A stretch of 64,000 nt of DNA from Actinomycetota bacterium (GCA_947449035.1 CANFQC010000005.1:6765-70764); one strand, 5' to 3'. Positions 1 to 10,520 are shown, counted from the stretch's first letter. Translations and numbers: made by a program. The notes: a model not told the origin generated them from the sequence alone.

Positions 1-1
1 G

Positions 2-970
2 CGTAACCGCAATATCAACTACACGAACGTGTGCACATTCAAGTGCGCCTTCTGCGGTTTCTCCAAGGGTCCGTTGTCCCTGAACCTGCGCGGCAAGCCA
101 TATCTACTCACTAATGACGAGATTGCCGATCGCGTGCGCGAGGCAGATGCCCTCGGCGCAACAGAGGTATGCCTGCAGGGCGGCATCCATCCCGACTTCG
201 ACGGTGAGTACTACCTCGATGTGTGTCGCGCGGTGAAGGCAGCTGTTCCTGACATTCACGTGCACGGCTTCACGGCACTCGAAGTCACCGAGGGTGCGCG
301 TCGCCTGCGCGAACCGCTGCCCGAATACCTCACCCGTCTGCGCGAAGCAGGGCTCCGATCACTTCCGGGCACCGCGGCGGAGATCCTCGACGATTCCATC
401 CGCGAGATCATCTGCCCCGACAAGATCACCACCAGCGAATGGCTTGATTGCCACGAGATGGCGCATGGGGTGGGCTTGCGCTCCAATGTCACGATCATGT
501 TCGGCAGCGTCGAAAATCCCCGACACTGGGCCAAGCACATCGTGCGCAGCCGCGAGGTGCAGGCTCGCACAGGCGGCTTCACCGAGTTCGTGCCGTTGCC
601 CTTCGTGCACATGGCCTCACCGATCTATCTCAAGCGACGTTCTCGTCGTGGGCCTACGTGGCGCGAGGTCGTTCTCATGCATGCCGTGGGGCGCATTGGG
701 TATCACGGCTCCATCGACAACATCCAGGCCTCGTGGGTCAAGCTCGGCGTGAATGGCGCGCAACAGTTGCTGCAGGCCGGCGTCAATGATCTCGGTGGCA
801 CCTTGATGGACGAGAACATCTCACGCGCCGCCGGTGCCACTCACGGTCAGGGCATCACCGCCGATGAGTTCCGCGTAGTCGTCGAGCCCATCGGTCGCAC
901 GCTGCGCGAGCGCACTACGTTGTACGGAGTTCCGGCCGAGCGCACTGTCGCCTCAGCCATTGCTCCGTGA
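2..970 (+). CDS. fbiC: FO synthase CofH-like radical SAM domain (C-terminal part of FbiC or CofH), 5'-truncated by window edge
   Basis: Frame open from base 2 (RNRNINYTNVCTFKCAFCGF, a CxxxCxxC motif); QGGIHP, PGTAAEILDD, IDNIQASWVKLG and NDLGGTLMDENISRAAGA motifs are typical of CofH. Confidence 0.88.
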   Translation, partial: RNRNINYTNVCTFKCAFCGFSKGPLSLNLRGKPYLLTNDEIADRVREADALGATEVCLQGGIHPDFDGEYYLDVCRAVKAAVPDIHVHGFTALEVTEGARRLREPLPEYLTRLREAGLRSLPGTAAEILDDSIREIICPDKITTSEWLDCHEMAHGVGLRSNVTIMFGSVENPRHWAKHIVRSREVQARTGGFTEFVPLPFVHMASPIYLKRRSRRGPTWREVVLMHAVGRIGYHGSIDNIQASWVKLGVNGAQQLLQAGVNDLGGTLMDENISRAAGATHGQGITADEFRVVVEPIGRTLRERTTLYGVPAERTVASAIAP

Positions 971-2337
971 TGCGAGCGATCCCAAATCGTCGCTATGTGA
1001 CGACCCCATGTACCGCACCTGGCCCGGTCGGTCAGTCGATGCTCGGTTCCTTCGGCGCAATTCGCAAGAATCCTCTGGCCTATCTCGATTCCATCTGGCG
1101 TACTTACGGCGATGTGGTGCAGTTCCCGGTGCCCAAGCCGCCGAGCTATCTCGTCAATGATCCTGAGGGCGTGCGAAGCGTGCTCGTCACGAATTCCCGT
1201 AGCTATGGCAAGTCGACGATTCAGTACTCGGCGCTCTCGCTGGTCACAGGGGAGGGGCTGCTCTCCGCCGACACTTCGGAATGGAAGCGTCAGCGCCCAA
1301 TGGTGCAACCGGCCTTCCACCGCGAGACCTTGACCTCAATCGTGGCGCACGTTGCTACGGCGGCCGAGCGAATCATTGATGACTGGAATGCACTGCCCGA
1401 GGGTGCGGTTGTTGATATCGATGCAGTAATCATGAACGCGGCCCTCGAGGTCGTGGGGCACGCGCTGTTCGGCTCTGACCTCTCGACAGATGCCGATGCA
1501 CTGACCACAGCAACCCTCGACGCTCTGGATGTCGTCATCGCCCGCGCACGAGTGCCGATCACGCCACCTGCCTGGGTGCCGACACCTGGCAATCGCAAGC
1601 TCAGTAGCTCGGTCGCTGCCCTTGATCGCGCCGTTCACTCGATGCTCGACTCTCGTGGCGTGCGCGAAGTTCCGGCCGACATGCTCGATCTGCTCATCAC
1701 GGCACGCGATGACGAAGGTCATGCGCTCACTGAGGCCGAGATTCGCGACCAGGTGGTCACCTTCATCGTGGCAGGGCACGAGACCGTGGCCAGTGCACTG
1801 ACCTGGACATTCGCACTTCTTGCCGAGAACCCCGAGGTCATGCGCACGCTGCAAGCCGAAGTCGATGCAGTGCTGGGCGGCAAGGCAGCGCAGTTCGTCA
1901 ATTACCAGCGGCTGCCATATACCCGAGCCGTCATTGACGAGACATTGCGGCTGTACCCGCCGGCCTGGCTCATCACGCGAAACTCATTGGGCGATGACGT
2001 GCTCGGTGGCTACGAGGTGCCGCAGGGATCCCTGATCATCATGAGCCCCTGGCTGCTGCATCGCCACCCTGACATCTGGCCGAATCCCGACAGTTTCGAG
2101 CCGCAGCGCTTTATCGATGGTGACATCGATCGCTCGGCCTTCATTCCCTTCGGCGCCGGCCCTCGCCAGTGCATCGGGCGCGACTTTGCGTATGTCGAGG
2201 CCGTACTGCTGCTTGCCTCGCTGGTGGCGCACTTCGATGTCGAGTTCCCGGCGGGGGAGCGCTGCCCGCCGGCGGTGCCATTGGTCACGATGCGCCCTGC
2301 GGAAGGGCTTCACCTGAGGATTCGCTCTCGGCGCTGA
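967..2337 (+). CDS. Cytochrome P450
   Basis: I-helix AGHET, ETLR (ExxR), PQRF and heme motif FGAGPRQCIG; exact start uncertain (967, 970 or 997). Confidence 0.95.
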   Translation: MMRAIPNRRYVTTPCTAPGPVGQSMLGSFGAIRKNPLAYLDSIWRTYGDVVQFPVPKPPSYLVNDPEGVRSVLVTNSRSYGKSTIQYSALSLVTGEGLLSADTSEWKRQRPMVQPAFHRETLTSIVAHVATAAERIIDDWNALPEGAVVDIDAVIMNAALEVVGHALFGSDLSTDADALTTATLDALDVVIARARVPITPPAWVPTPGNRKLSSSVAALDRAVHSMLDSRGVREVPADMLDLLITARDDEGHALTEAEIRDQVVTFIVAGHETVASALTWTFALLAENPEVMRTLQAEVDAVLGGKAAQFVNYQRLPYTRAVIDETLRLYPPAWLITRNSLGDDVLGGYEVPQGSLIIMSPWLLHRHPDIWPNPDSFEPQRFIDGDIDRSAFIPFGAGPRQCIGRDFAYVEAVLLLASLVAHFDVEFPAGERCPPAVPLVTMRPAEGLHLRIRSRR

Positions 2338-2675
2338 CGGGCATTGGCAAGGCTCATTTTTCGAGTGGCACGTTTGCTTCGAGCCTGAACGAATGATCGC
2401 CCGTCGGTACGAGCGACCACTGCACGCCGAATGGATCGGAATCGCAAAGGCCGGCTGAAATCCAACGGGCACCGACACGCCACCCGCCGAAAGGTACTCA
2501 GCCCTGCACGCGACGGGTTTCCGTCATTTGCGCTCGTGACGCGCCTCCAGGTGCTTGCAGTCAGATGTGGCGGAGGAGAGTATTAGGCGCTTTAGCGACC
2601 GATTGATCACGCCGGTAGCTGAGTAGGCGAAAGGCGGCCGTGCGCTGCGACAACTCTCACATGGACGGTGCGGTA

Positions 2676-3938
2676 ATGCGAAAGATCCTGATCAGCCTCA
2701 CGTCACTTCTGGCCATGATCGGCGGGGTTGCACTGGCACCGCTGACGCAAGCCGACCCGATCTTCTCGATCGCTGCCGTCACTGCGGTCGGGCCCAGCGG
2801 TTCGACATACAACTCGTTCGACTTGGCCTTGACCCATGATGGTGCCCGGGCCTACGTGGCGAATGCCGGGAATCGCACCGTATCCGTGATCGACACGACG
2901 ACCAATCTGATAATCGGCTCGCTCATCAACGTCGGCGCGGCTCCGAATGCGGTCGCAGTATCGCCGGACGACGAATTCGTATACGTGTCAAACGGCTATG
3001 CCAACACTGTCTCGGTGATCGACACGACCACGAACACGGTCGTAGCCACGGTGAACGTGCGACATGGGAGTACGGGTCTAGCGTTCAACCAAGACGGATC
3101 AAGGGTCTATGTCAACACGCAGGATCAGAACGGTAACGGGGCAGTGGAGGTCATCGACACTGCGACGAATACCCTTTTGAGCACTAGCGGCCTTCCGATC
3201 ACAGTGGGGAACACCCCGACAGGAGCGGCCTTCTCTCCCGACTTCACACACTTGTATGTCACTAACACGGCAGATGGCACGGTGTCGGTCATCGATACCA
3301 ACATCGCACACTCGGGAACGACTTACGACACGGTCACGGCCCTCATCACGGTGGGCTATCGTCCCCAAGGGCTGGCCGTGTCGCCGGATGGTTCGCAGCT
3401 CCTCGTGGCTAACCTGGACGACTCAGTATCAGTTATCGACACTTCCACCAACGTGGTCTCAACCACGCTGAGCGGATTCGATGATCCCAAGGATGTTGCC
3501 TTCTCGCCGGATGGTGCGAATGCATATGTCACGAACTTGATGGGCAAGTCGGTGACGAGGATCAAGGTCGCTGAACTGAGCACGGCCGACATCGGGCTCG
3601 ATGTCGGTTGGTACCCCCTGGGGATAGTCGTGTCCTCAGACGGACGCTCGATTTACCTGACCAATGACGTTCCCGACGGAACCGTCACCGTCATCGCCAT
3701 CAACGAGCCGGCAAGCGGCCCCAACGTACCCACAGCGCCGATGCAGGCATACGGCCGAAACTCAGACGGCACGTGCACGAATGACGCCCCCCTCTGGGTG
3801 AACTGGGAGGGGATCGCCTCTCAGCAGTTCAGCTCATGGGGCCTGAGCTGGCAACAGTGGCCGAACAACGGCACCGGAGGATTTGTCTGCCAACGCCAGC
3901 CCTATTACACGACCGCGGAGAAATGGTCAGTTCGCTGA
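2676..3938 (+). CDS. Secreted YncE/YVTN-repeat beta-propeller protein with C-terminal Trp/Cys-rich module
   Basis: Signal peptide MRKILISLTSLLAMIGGVALAP; about 7 repeats of type (A/V)YV(T/A/S)N..TVSVIDT; alternative start 2661. Confidence 0.9.
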   Translation: MRKILISLTSLLAMIGGVALAPLTQADPIFSIAAVTAVGPSGSTYNSFDLALTHDGARAYVANAGNRTVSVIDTTTNLIIGSLINVGAAPNAVAVSPDDEFVYVSNGYANTVSVIDTTTNTVVATVNVRHGSTGLAFNQDGSRVYVNTQDQNGNGAVEVIDTATNTLLSTSGLPITVGNTPTGAAFSPDFTHLYVTNTADGTVSVIDTNIAHSGTTYDTVTALITVGYRPQGLAVSPDGSQLLVANLDDSVSVIDTSTNVVSTTLSGFDDPKDVAFSPDGANAYVTNLMGKSVTRIKVAELSTADIGLDVGWYPLGIVVSSDGRSIYLTNDVPDGTVTVIAINEPASGPNVPTAPMQAYGRNSDGTCTNDAPLWVNWEGIASQQFSSWGLSWQQWPNNGTGGFVCQRQPYYTTAEKWSVR

Positions 3939-3958
3939 TGTGAGGCGCGTGCGCCGAG

Positions 3959-4747
3959 TTACGAGCGAAGTGCTGCGAGAACTTGGTCGTAAAGCTTGCC
4001 ATTCGTCGTGATCAGGCCGCCGTACGCGATCGCATCGGTTCCGTCGAAGCCCGTGGCCACGCCGCCGGCTTCACGAATGACGGGGATGAGTGCGGCCATG
4101 TCGTAGGTGGCGAGCTCAGGTTCACCGGCGATGTCGACAGCGCCTTCAGCAACGAGCATGTGCGACCAGAAGTCGCCATAGGCGCGGTGACGCCAGGTGT
4201 CAGTTGTCAGAGTCTTCAGACCTGCTGAAGCGCCGCGTGCTTCCCAGCCGACACTGTCGGAGAAGGAGAAGGAGGCGTCAGAAAGCTCCGCGACCTTGCT
4301 GACGTGAATGCGCGTGGGTTCGTTCATGCCGGGGCCCGTTGACCAGGCGCCCTGGTCGGTGGCGGCCCACCAGCGCCGACCGAGTGCGGGGGCGCTCACG
4401 AAGCCGACCTCGAGCACGCCGGCAACGCGCAGTGCAATGAGAGTCGACCAGACGGGCACGCCACGCAGATAGTTCTTGGTGCCGTCGATGGGGTCGAGGA
4501 TCCACGTGCGCTCGGTGCTGCCGCTGACCCCAAACTCCTCGCCGAGGATGCCGTCACCTGGGCGCTCAGCAGCGAGGATCTCGCGCAAGCCCTGCTCAAC
4601 GGCCTTGTCGGCCTCGGTTACCGGGGTGAGATCGGGCTTGGTCTCGATCACGAGATCGTGGGAGCGGTAGTACGACATGGAGATGGCATCGGCGGCATCG
4701 GCCAGCCGGCGCGCCAGCTCAAGATCGGCATCCCAGCGATTCGTCAC
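3959..4747 (-). CDS. hisN: Histidinol-phosphatase, inositol monophosphatase family
   Basis: TKPDLTPVTEAD, GEEFG, WILDPIDGTKNY and GDFWSHMLVAEG motifs; position next to rsgA/aroA as in Streptomyces. Confidence 0.88.
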   Translation of the reverse strand: MTNRWDADLELARRLADAADAISMSYYRSHDLVIETKPDLTPVTEADKAVEQGLREILAAERPGDGILGEEFGVSGSTERTWILDPIDGTKNYLRGVPVWSTLIALRVAGVLEVGFVSAPALGRRWWAATDQGAWSTGPGMNEPTRIHVSKVAELSDASFSFSDSVGWEARGASAGLKTLTTDTWRHRAYGDFWSHMLVAEGAVDIAGEPELATYDMAALIPVIREAGGVATGFDGTDAIAYGGLITTNGKLYDQVLAALRS

Positions 4748-4799
4748 GCCGCGAACCTATCCCACCCGTCGGCGATTCCAGCGGTCATAGGGTGGCGCC

Positions 4800-5270
4800 A
4801 TGGAGTCGCTTCTCGACACGTTCAATGGCCTGCCGGTTCACCCCTTGGTCGTGCACGCGGTGGTCGTCCTGCTGCCGCTCGTGGCTGTTCTCGCCATCAT
4901 CATGGTGATCAGCCCCCGGTTCTCGCGACGCTTTGGTCCGATCGTGGTGGCCCTGGGATTTGTCTCTGTCGGGGCGTCGCTGGTGGCTAAGGAGTCGGGG
5001 GAGCAGTTGCTCCGGCATGTGGAGTCCTCGCCCAACCACGTGCAGCTCGGTTCCAGGACTCCGCTGTACGCAGGTCTCTACTTTCTGCTTCTGCTGGCCT
5101 TCTGGCTTCTCGATCGGGGAATTCCCGGCAATCGTCATCGTCCGGCCTTGGTCATCATCCTCGGCGTACTTCTCGTGATCGCCTCAGTACTGATCTGTGT
5201 ACAGGTGTACCTCGTTGGCCACAGCGGTGCCGAAGTGGTCTGGCTGCAGATGCTGAGCGGAACGAATTAG
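4800..5270 (+). CDS. Membrane protein, DUF2231-like
   Basis: N-terminal GLPVHPLVVHAVVVLLP and C-terminal GHSGAEVVW motifs; 4 hydrophobic segments. Confidence 0.75.
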   Translation: MESLLDTFNGLPVHPLVVHAVVVLLPLVAVLAIIMVISPRFSRRFGPIVVALGFVSVGASLVAKESGEQLLRHVESSPNHVQLGSRTPLYAGLYFLLLLAFWLLDRGIPGNRHRPALVIILGVLLVIASVLICVQVYLVGHSGAEVVWLQMLSGTN

Positions 5271-6268
5271 TCGCCGGTTCGTTGATCCGACCACTTGTCG
5301 GTTTCCTTCGCGCTGCGCAGCAGCCGGCGAAGTGAGTCAAGCCTCTCAGTGACGCCGTGATTGTCGGCCCAGGCATCAAGTGCGCACTCGGCCTCGTCAT
5401 GCGAACACGCACGTGGGCAGTCGACGACGCCGTCGGCGAGCTCGGGAAAAGCGTGAATGAGGCGCTCGAAGTCGACATGCGCGAGGCCGAAGGAACGAAT
5501 TCCGGGGGTATCAATGATCCAACCACCGCTGGGCAGGGGCAAAGCCATCGCGCTGGTGGAGGTGTGCCGACCCTTGCCGGTGTTCACGTTCACATGACCC
5601 GTGCTCCGGTCGGCGCCGGGAACGAGCGCGTTGACGAGCGTTGACTTGCCTACACCGGAGTGCCCGATGAGCACGGTGAGGTGATCGGTCAGTGCGGTGA
5701 TGAGCTCGGCGCTTGGTTCGCGATCGCGTACGACGTAGCAGTCGGCGCCGAGTGCAGCGTAAGTCGCCTGCAGCTCTTCTGCAGACTTGAGATCGCTCTT
5801 GGTGATGATCAGGATCGGCGTGATGCCGGCATCGATCGCGGCAACCAAGGCGCGATCGATCAGGCCGATGCTCGGATCAGGATTCGTGGTGGCAGTGACA
5901 ATTGCGAGTTGGGTGGCGTTGGCGACGATGACTCTCTCGACAGGATCGGAATCATCGGCCGTTCTGCGCAGATTCGAGCTGCGCTCATCTCGGCGCACGA
6001 TGCGCGCCTGAGTGTCGGTGTCTCCTGAGGTATCGCCGACGATCTGCACCATGTCACCGGTGACAATGCCCTTGCGACCTAGCTCGCGAGCCTTGATCGC
6101 GTATATCTCGGTGCCGTCGTCCATCGCGACGGTGAAGCGACCGCGGTCAACGGTGAGCACCATGCCGCTCACAGCCTCGGTGTGCGCGGGACGATCCTTC
6201 GAGCGTGGGCGTGACTTTCCGCGACCGGGGCGAATCCGGACGTCGTCCTCATCGAGGCTGCGTGCCAC
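5267..6268 (-). CDS. rsgA: Ribosome small subunit-dependent GTPase A
   Basis: Circularly permuted GTPase motifs TKSD, GHSGVGKST, GRHT, DTPG; C-terminal Zn knuckle CPRACSH..C. Confidence 0.95.
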   Translation of the reverse strand: MARSLDEDDVRIRPGRGKSRPRSKDRPAHTEAVSGMVLTVDRGRFTVAMDDGTEIYAIKARELGRKGIVTGDMVQIVGDTSGDTDTQARIVRRDERSSNLRRTADDSDPVERVIVANATQLAIVTATTNPDPSIGLIDRALVAAIDAGITPILIITKSDLKSAEELQATYAALGADCYVVRDREPSAELITALTDHLTVLIGHSGVGKSTLVNALVPGADRSTGHVNVNTGKGRHTSTSAMALPLPSGGWIIDTPGIRSFGLAHVDFERLIHAFPELADGVVDCPRACSHDEAECALDAWADNHGVTERLDSLRRLLRSAKETDKWSDQRTGD

Positions 6269-7572
6269 TACTGAGGGGTCCCGTCGATCATCGCCGCCCA
6301 GCGATCGGCGAAGCCGGGAAGGGTCTTGGCGGTGGTGTCGATGTTCTCGACCGAGATGCCGTGCACGTGTAGGCCGATGATCGCACCGCTGGTGGCCATG
6401 CGGTGATCGGCGTAGGTACCGAAACGTCCGGAGTGGAGCATCATCGGGTGAATGCGCAGACCATCGTCGGTCTCATGCGCATCGCCGCCGAGGTGGTTGA
6501 TCTCGCGCACGAGTGCGGCGAGCCGATCGGTCTCGTGACCGCGCAAGTGGGCGATTCCGCTGAACGTGCTGGGCGTAGTCGCAAGTGCCGCGAGCGCTGC
6601 AAGATTCGGGGTGAGCTCACCGACATCGCCCAGATCAGCATCTATGCCGTGAATATCACCGGACATCGACACGGTGAGTCCGCGATCGTCAAGCGCGACC
6701 TCGGCTCCCATGCGTGCGAGCAGGGTGCGCAGTTCATCGCCGGGCTGAGTGGTCGTGGCAGGCCAACCAGGGATCGTGACGCTTCCGCGCGTCACCATCG
6801 CTGCAGCGAGGAAGGGTGCCGCATTCGAGAGGTCGGGCTCGATCGTGCGATCGATGGCGCGAATGCGTGAAGGTTCGATAACCCAGGTGTTCGGAGTCGA
6901 GATATCGACGATGACTCCGTGCTCAGCGAGCATGGCAATGGTCATGTCGATATGCGGCTGGCTCGGCACGGGCGGGCCGACATGGGTAATTACTAGGCCG
7001 TTCGCGAAGCGTGCGCCGGTGAGCAGCAGCGCGGAGACGAACTGGCTGGACGCGGATGCATCGATGCGCACCTCGCGGCCTGCAATCGTGCCCGCACCCT
7101 TGACGGTGAACGGCAAAGTGCCACGACTCTCGTCGTCGATCTCGACACCGAGTTGGCGAAGGGCTTCAATCGTGGTCGACATGGGTCGCACGCGTGCGTG
7201 CGGGTCTCCGTCGAATGTCACCTCGCCTGCGGCCAGCGCGGCGAGTGGTGGAAGGAAGCGCATCACAGTGCCTGCGAGGCCGACATCGATACTGCAGCCG
7301 CCGGTCAGTGATGCAGGGGAGACCCACACATCAATATTGCCGACTGGAGACGAACCGACAACCTCGATACTCGCTCCGAGGTTTTCGAGGGCCGCGATCA
7401 TCAGGCGGGTGTCACGCGCATCGAGTAAGCCGGAAATCGTGCTGGGGCCGTCAGCGAGGGCGGCGAGTACGAGGGCTCGGTTGGAGGCTGACTTAGAGCC
7501 GGGGACGAAGACCGTGGCATGGATCGGATGATCGGCATGGGGGGCCGGCCAGTACGCACTCTCAGTAGTCAT
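6268..7572 (-). CDS. aroA: 3-phosphoshikimate 1-carboxyvinyltransferase (EPSP synthase)
   Basis: [27 protein letters not shown] and DHRMA motifs; start moved to MTTES (7572), behind a TACGCT -10-like hexamer. Confidence 0.96.
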   Translation of the reverse strand: MTTESAYWPAPHADHPIHATVFVPGSKSASNRALVLAALADGPSTISGLLDARDTRLMIAALENLGASIEVVGSSPVGNIDVWVSPASLTGGCSIDVGLAGTVMRFLPPLAALAAGEVTFDGDPHARVRPMSTTIEALRQLGVEIDDESRGTLPFTVKGAGTIAGREVRIDASASSQFVSALLLTGARFANGLVITHVGPPVPSQPHIDMTIAMLAEHGVIVDISTPNTWVIEPSRIRAIDRTIEPDLSNAAPFLAAAMVTRGSVTIPGWPATTTQPGDELRTLLARMGAEVALDDRGLTVSMSGDIHGIDADLGDVGELTPNLAALAALATTPSTFSGIAHLRGHETDRLAALVREINHLGGDAHETDDGLRIHPMMLHSGRFGTYADHRMATSGAIIGLHVHGISVENIDTTAKTLPGFADRWAAMIDGTPQ

Positions 7573-7605
7573 CGCCCCCAGCGTAATCGCACTAGCCTGG
7601 TGGTC

Positions 7606-8784
7606 ATGGCGCAGTCGAGTGGCGGAGGCGGACTTCTGCCTGAACTGCGCCTGGGCGACGTGCTCCAACAGCGCAATGGTGGGCTCGGGAGCCCAGCTCA
7701 CATCATTCGACTGGGTATCGCGGTCACCATCGCCTGGCTTGTGGCCATCACTGTTTCGCGCAGCTCGCTGGGAATCTTCGCGCCCATCACGACTCTGCTC
7801 GTCCTGCAGGCCACGCCCTGGAGCACGGTGGGTCTCTCCCTGCAGCTGATCCTCGGCACCGGGCTTGGCGTGCTCGTTGCCTCGCTCTGGGTCAATCTCG
7901 TAGGTCTGAGCTGGTGGTCATTCCTGATCGCGGTCGTCGCCTCGCTGTTCGTGGCTCGTATGGTCCCGTGGTCAATTGCGGGGCAGATTCAGATTCCGAT
8001 CGCCGTGGTCTTCGTGCTGGCGCTTGGCCCCGGTTCTATGCAGCAAGACCTCTGGCGAGTTCTCGACGTCATCATCGGCGGCGTAATCGGCCTGCTCGCG
8101 GTGTATCTCTACCCGGCTAAGCCAAAGCCCGCGGAATTCGAGAATGCGCTCACTCGCTATCGCGATGCCATCGTCAGAGTTCTCGAGTTAGTCGGACACG
8201 GAAATGGCCCCGAGGGCACGCTTCTCGAGGCAGGAGTTAATCACGAGTACGTTGGCATCAGTCGAGCCTTGCGCGACGAGGCTGACTCGGCACGCCAGGC
8301 GTTGGTGAAGCTCGCCGAGAGTTCGTTCTGGAATCCGCGCGGGCGCGAGGTCGCGGCACGACTCGACGAGGATGCACGACGCCTGCGCAGGCTTGGCGGG
8401 ATCGGCGTGCAGGTGCGCGGAATCGCCGGGGCGGCGAACCTGCTCTTCGACCGTGGTGTCACGCAGCCACTTACTGCCGAGCGATTCGGTGAGCTCGTTG
8501 ACCAGCTCGCGCACATGGCTCGGGTGACATTGGGCGACGAAGGAACTGAGCTGACTCAGGCGGGGCAAGAGTCGGTCGTGCGAGAGAGTGAGGAACTCAC
8601 TTCTGCCCTCGATGCGGCAGCACGTCACGTCATGGTTCATGCCGGTGACGTACAGGCAGTGATTGACGCCATCGCATTACTGGGCCGCATCGATCACATT
8701 CGGCGTCAGTTGCTCATCTACAGCGCATGGACCGACGACTTTGTTGACTCCGAGAACGGTGACACTGATCAGGACCACGCCTGA
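7606..8784 (+). CDS. FUSC/aromatic acid exporter family membrane protein
   Basis: N-terminal TM bundle ([25 protein letters not shown]) followed by a helical cytoplasmic domain; start moved to 7606 (TAGCCT upstream). Confidence 0.75.
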   Translation: MAQSSGGGGLLPELRLGDVLQQRNGGLGSPAHIIRLGIAVTIAWLVAITVSRSSLGIFAPITTLLVLQATPWSTVGLSLQLILGTGLGVLVASLWVNLVGLSWWSFLIAVVASLFVARMVPWSIAGQIQIPIAVVFVLALGPGSMQQDLWRVLDVIIGGVIGLLAVYLYPAKPKPAEFENALTRYRDAIVRVLELVGHGNGPEGTLLEAGVNHEYVGISRALRDEADSARQALVKLAESSFWNPRGREVAARLDEDARRLRRLGGIGVQVRGIAGAANLLFDRGVTQPLTAERFGELVDQLAHMARVTLGDEGTELTQAGQESVVRESEELTSALDAAARHVMVHAGDVQAVIDAIALLGRIDHIRRQLLIYSAWTDDFVDSENGDTDQDHA

Positions 8785-9500
8785 TGTGCGGGCGCTACGC
8801 CGCAGCCACGTCCGCAGCGGACTGGGTCGAGGAGTTCGAGGTCGACGTTGCTCCAGAGCGCGTGCTCGCACCGGACTTCAATGTCGCACCGACGAAGGAG
8901 ATGTATCTCGTTGCCGCGGGGGAGTCGGACGGCTCACTTGTTCGGCGTATGGAGATCGCGCGCTGGGGGCTCATTCCGTCCTGGGCGAAGGAATCGTCTA
9001 TCTCCACGAAGTTGACCAATGCCCGCGTCGAGACGATTTCTGAGAAGCCGTCGTTTCGGTCAGCATTCGCCAAGCGCCGCTGTCTGATTCCTGCTGACGG
9101 GTACTACGAGTGGTACCGCCCTGACAAAGGCGCCAAGCAGCCGTTCTACATCCACCGCACCGATGGCCGATCTCTCGCGATGGCCGGTCTCTACGAGTGG
9201 TGGCGTGATCCGGCGAACCCCGAGGCTGAGCCACGTCTTACCTGCTCGGTGATCACCACGGCAGCGACCAATGATCTGGCCGTGATTCACGACCGGATGC
9301 CCGTCATGATCGACTACGTGGACTGGGCGAATTGGCTCGATCCCTCGATCCCGGGCAAAGAACTCCCGCCACCGATGCTCGAGGCAGGGTTCCGCCTGGG
9401 GTTAGTTGCCGAGCCGGTCTCCACGGCGGTGGGAAACGTCCGAAACAACGGACCCTCGCTCATACTCCCGATTGCCCCCGATGAGGGTCTGCTCTTCTAG
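8784..9500 (+). CDS. SOS response-associated peptidase (SRAP/YedK/HMCES abasic-site protein)
   Basis: Invariant N-terminal [23 protein letters not shown] and IHDRMP motifs. Confidence 0.95.
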   Translation: MCGRYAAATSAADWVEEFEVDVAPERVLAPDFNVAPTKEMYLVAAGESDGSLVRRMEIARWGLIPSWAKESSISTKLTNARVETISEKPSFRSAFAKRRCLIPADGYYEWYRPDKGAKQPFYIHRTDGRSLAMAGLYEWWRDPANPEAEPRLTCSVITTAATNDLAVIHDRMPVMIDYVDWANWLDPSIPGKELPPPMLEAGFRLGLVAEPVSTAVGNVRNNGPSLILPIAPDEGLLF

Positions 9501-9527
9501 GGAATGACTCAGGGGCCGCTGATGTTG
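9501..9527 (+). promoter_or_regulatory. SigR/SigH-dependent promoter (GGAAT-N18-GTTG), probably autoregulatory
   Basis: GGAAT 9501-9505, 18-nt spacer, GTTG 9524-9527, directly upstream of the sigR/sigH gene. Confidence 0.82.
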
Positions 9528-9634
9528 TCCTGCATGTGATCACGTGTGAGAGGGACTCAGGCTGTTCGTCAGTGAGCTGGCCCGATGCCGTGCCACTCAC
9601 CGTGAACCTCGATGACTCAGTAGGCTCGTCAGTG

Positions 9635-10252
9635 ATGAGCGAGGTAGCAGGTACCGAGGAGCAGGCAGAGGATCGCACTGCCCGCTTCGAGCGCGATGCG
9701 CTGCCATTCCTCGATCAGTTGTACGGCGCGGCCATGCGGATGACCAAGAACCCGAGCGATGCCGAGGATCTCGTACAGGAGACCTTCGTCAAGGCCTTCG
9801 CGGCATTCGACTCGTACACCGACGGCACGAACCTCAAGGCGTGGCTGTTCCGGATCCTGACGAATACGTACATCAACACCTACCGGAAGAAGCAGCGCGA
9901 GCCGTATCAGTCATCGGCCGATGAGCTTCTCGATTGGCAGATCGCCGAAGCCGAATCGCATACGTCAACTGGCCTTCGTTCTGCGGAGATGGAAGCTCTC
10001 GACCGCCTGGCTGATGCCGACATAGTCGAAGCCATGGCAGCGCTTCCCGAGGAGTTCCGTCTTGCGGTGTATCTGGCCGATGTTGAGGGATTCCCCTACA
10101 AGGAGATCGCCGAGATCATGGAGACCCCCGTGGGGACCGTGATGTCGCGGCTTCATCGCGGACGCAAGTTGCTGCGTGACTCACTTGCCGACTACGCCGT
10201 TGAACGCGGGTACGTGCCCGCCGCATCCGTGAGCGGGGGTGACGAGTCATGA
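9635..10252 (+). CDS. sigR: ECF sigma factor SigR/SigH (thiol-oxidative stress)
   Basis: [62 protein letters not shown]; followed by a ZAS anti-sigma; in-frame upstream GTG at 9536. Confidence 0.93.
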   Translation: MSEVAGTEEQAEDRTARFERDALPFLDQLYGAAMRMTKNPSDAEDLVQETFVKAFAAFDSYTDGTNLKAWLFRILTNTYINTYRKKQREPYQSSADELLDWQIAEAESHTSTGLRSAEMEALDRLADADIVEAMAALPEEFRLAVYLADVEGFPYKEIAEIMETPVGTVMSRLHRGRKLLRDSLADYAVERGYVPAASVSGGDES

Positions 10253-10512
10253 GCTGCGGTAACCGTCACGCCACCCCGTGCACCGAGGTTCTCTCGCTGG
10301 TTTATGTCTACATCGACAACGAGTGCGAAGAGATGCAGAGCATTGAGGTCACGACTCATCTTGAGGAGTGCGGCCCGTGCGCCGACATCGTGCAGGTCGA
10401 GCGAGTCATCAAGGCACGAGTCAAGAGCTCCTGCGAATGCACTGAAGCACCTGAGACACTACGAGCCTCGATCGTTACCTCGATCCGAGCGACGTACTAC
10501 CGAAGCGAATAG
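10249..10512 (+). CDS. rsrA: Redox-sensing zinc anti-sigma factor RsrA/RshA
   Basis: MSCG start, Cys11, HLEECGPC (HxxxCxxC) motif; overlaps the sigR stop. Confidence 0.92.
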   Translation: MSCGNRHATPCTEVLSLVYVYIDNECEEMQSIEVTTHLEECGPCADIVQVERVIKARVKSSCECTEAPETLRASIVTSIRATYYRSE

Positions 10513-10520
10513 GAGCCCCC

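Noticed and set aside
2484..2637. c-di-AMP (ydaO) or c-di-GMP riboswitch call for the intergenic structure
   Set aside because: The ends faintly resemble ydaO (CGCCGAA...GTAGGCG), but the internal conserved motifs (GGGGAACC, GGGGTGAAT, CCCGAA) and the GEMM motifs are absent. Kept only as an unnamed candidate.
8700..8790. LexA/SOS box for the SRAP gene
   Set aside because: No TCGAAC-N4-GTTCGA-like site seen; the gene overlaps the upstream stop and appears operonic.
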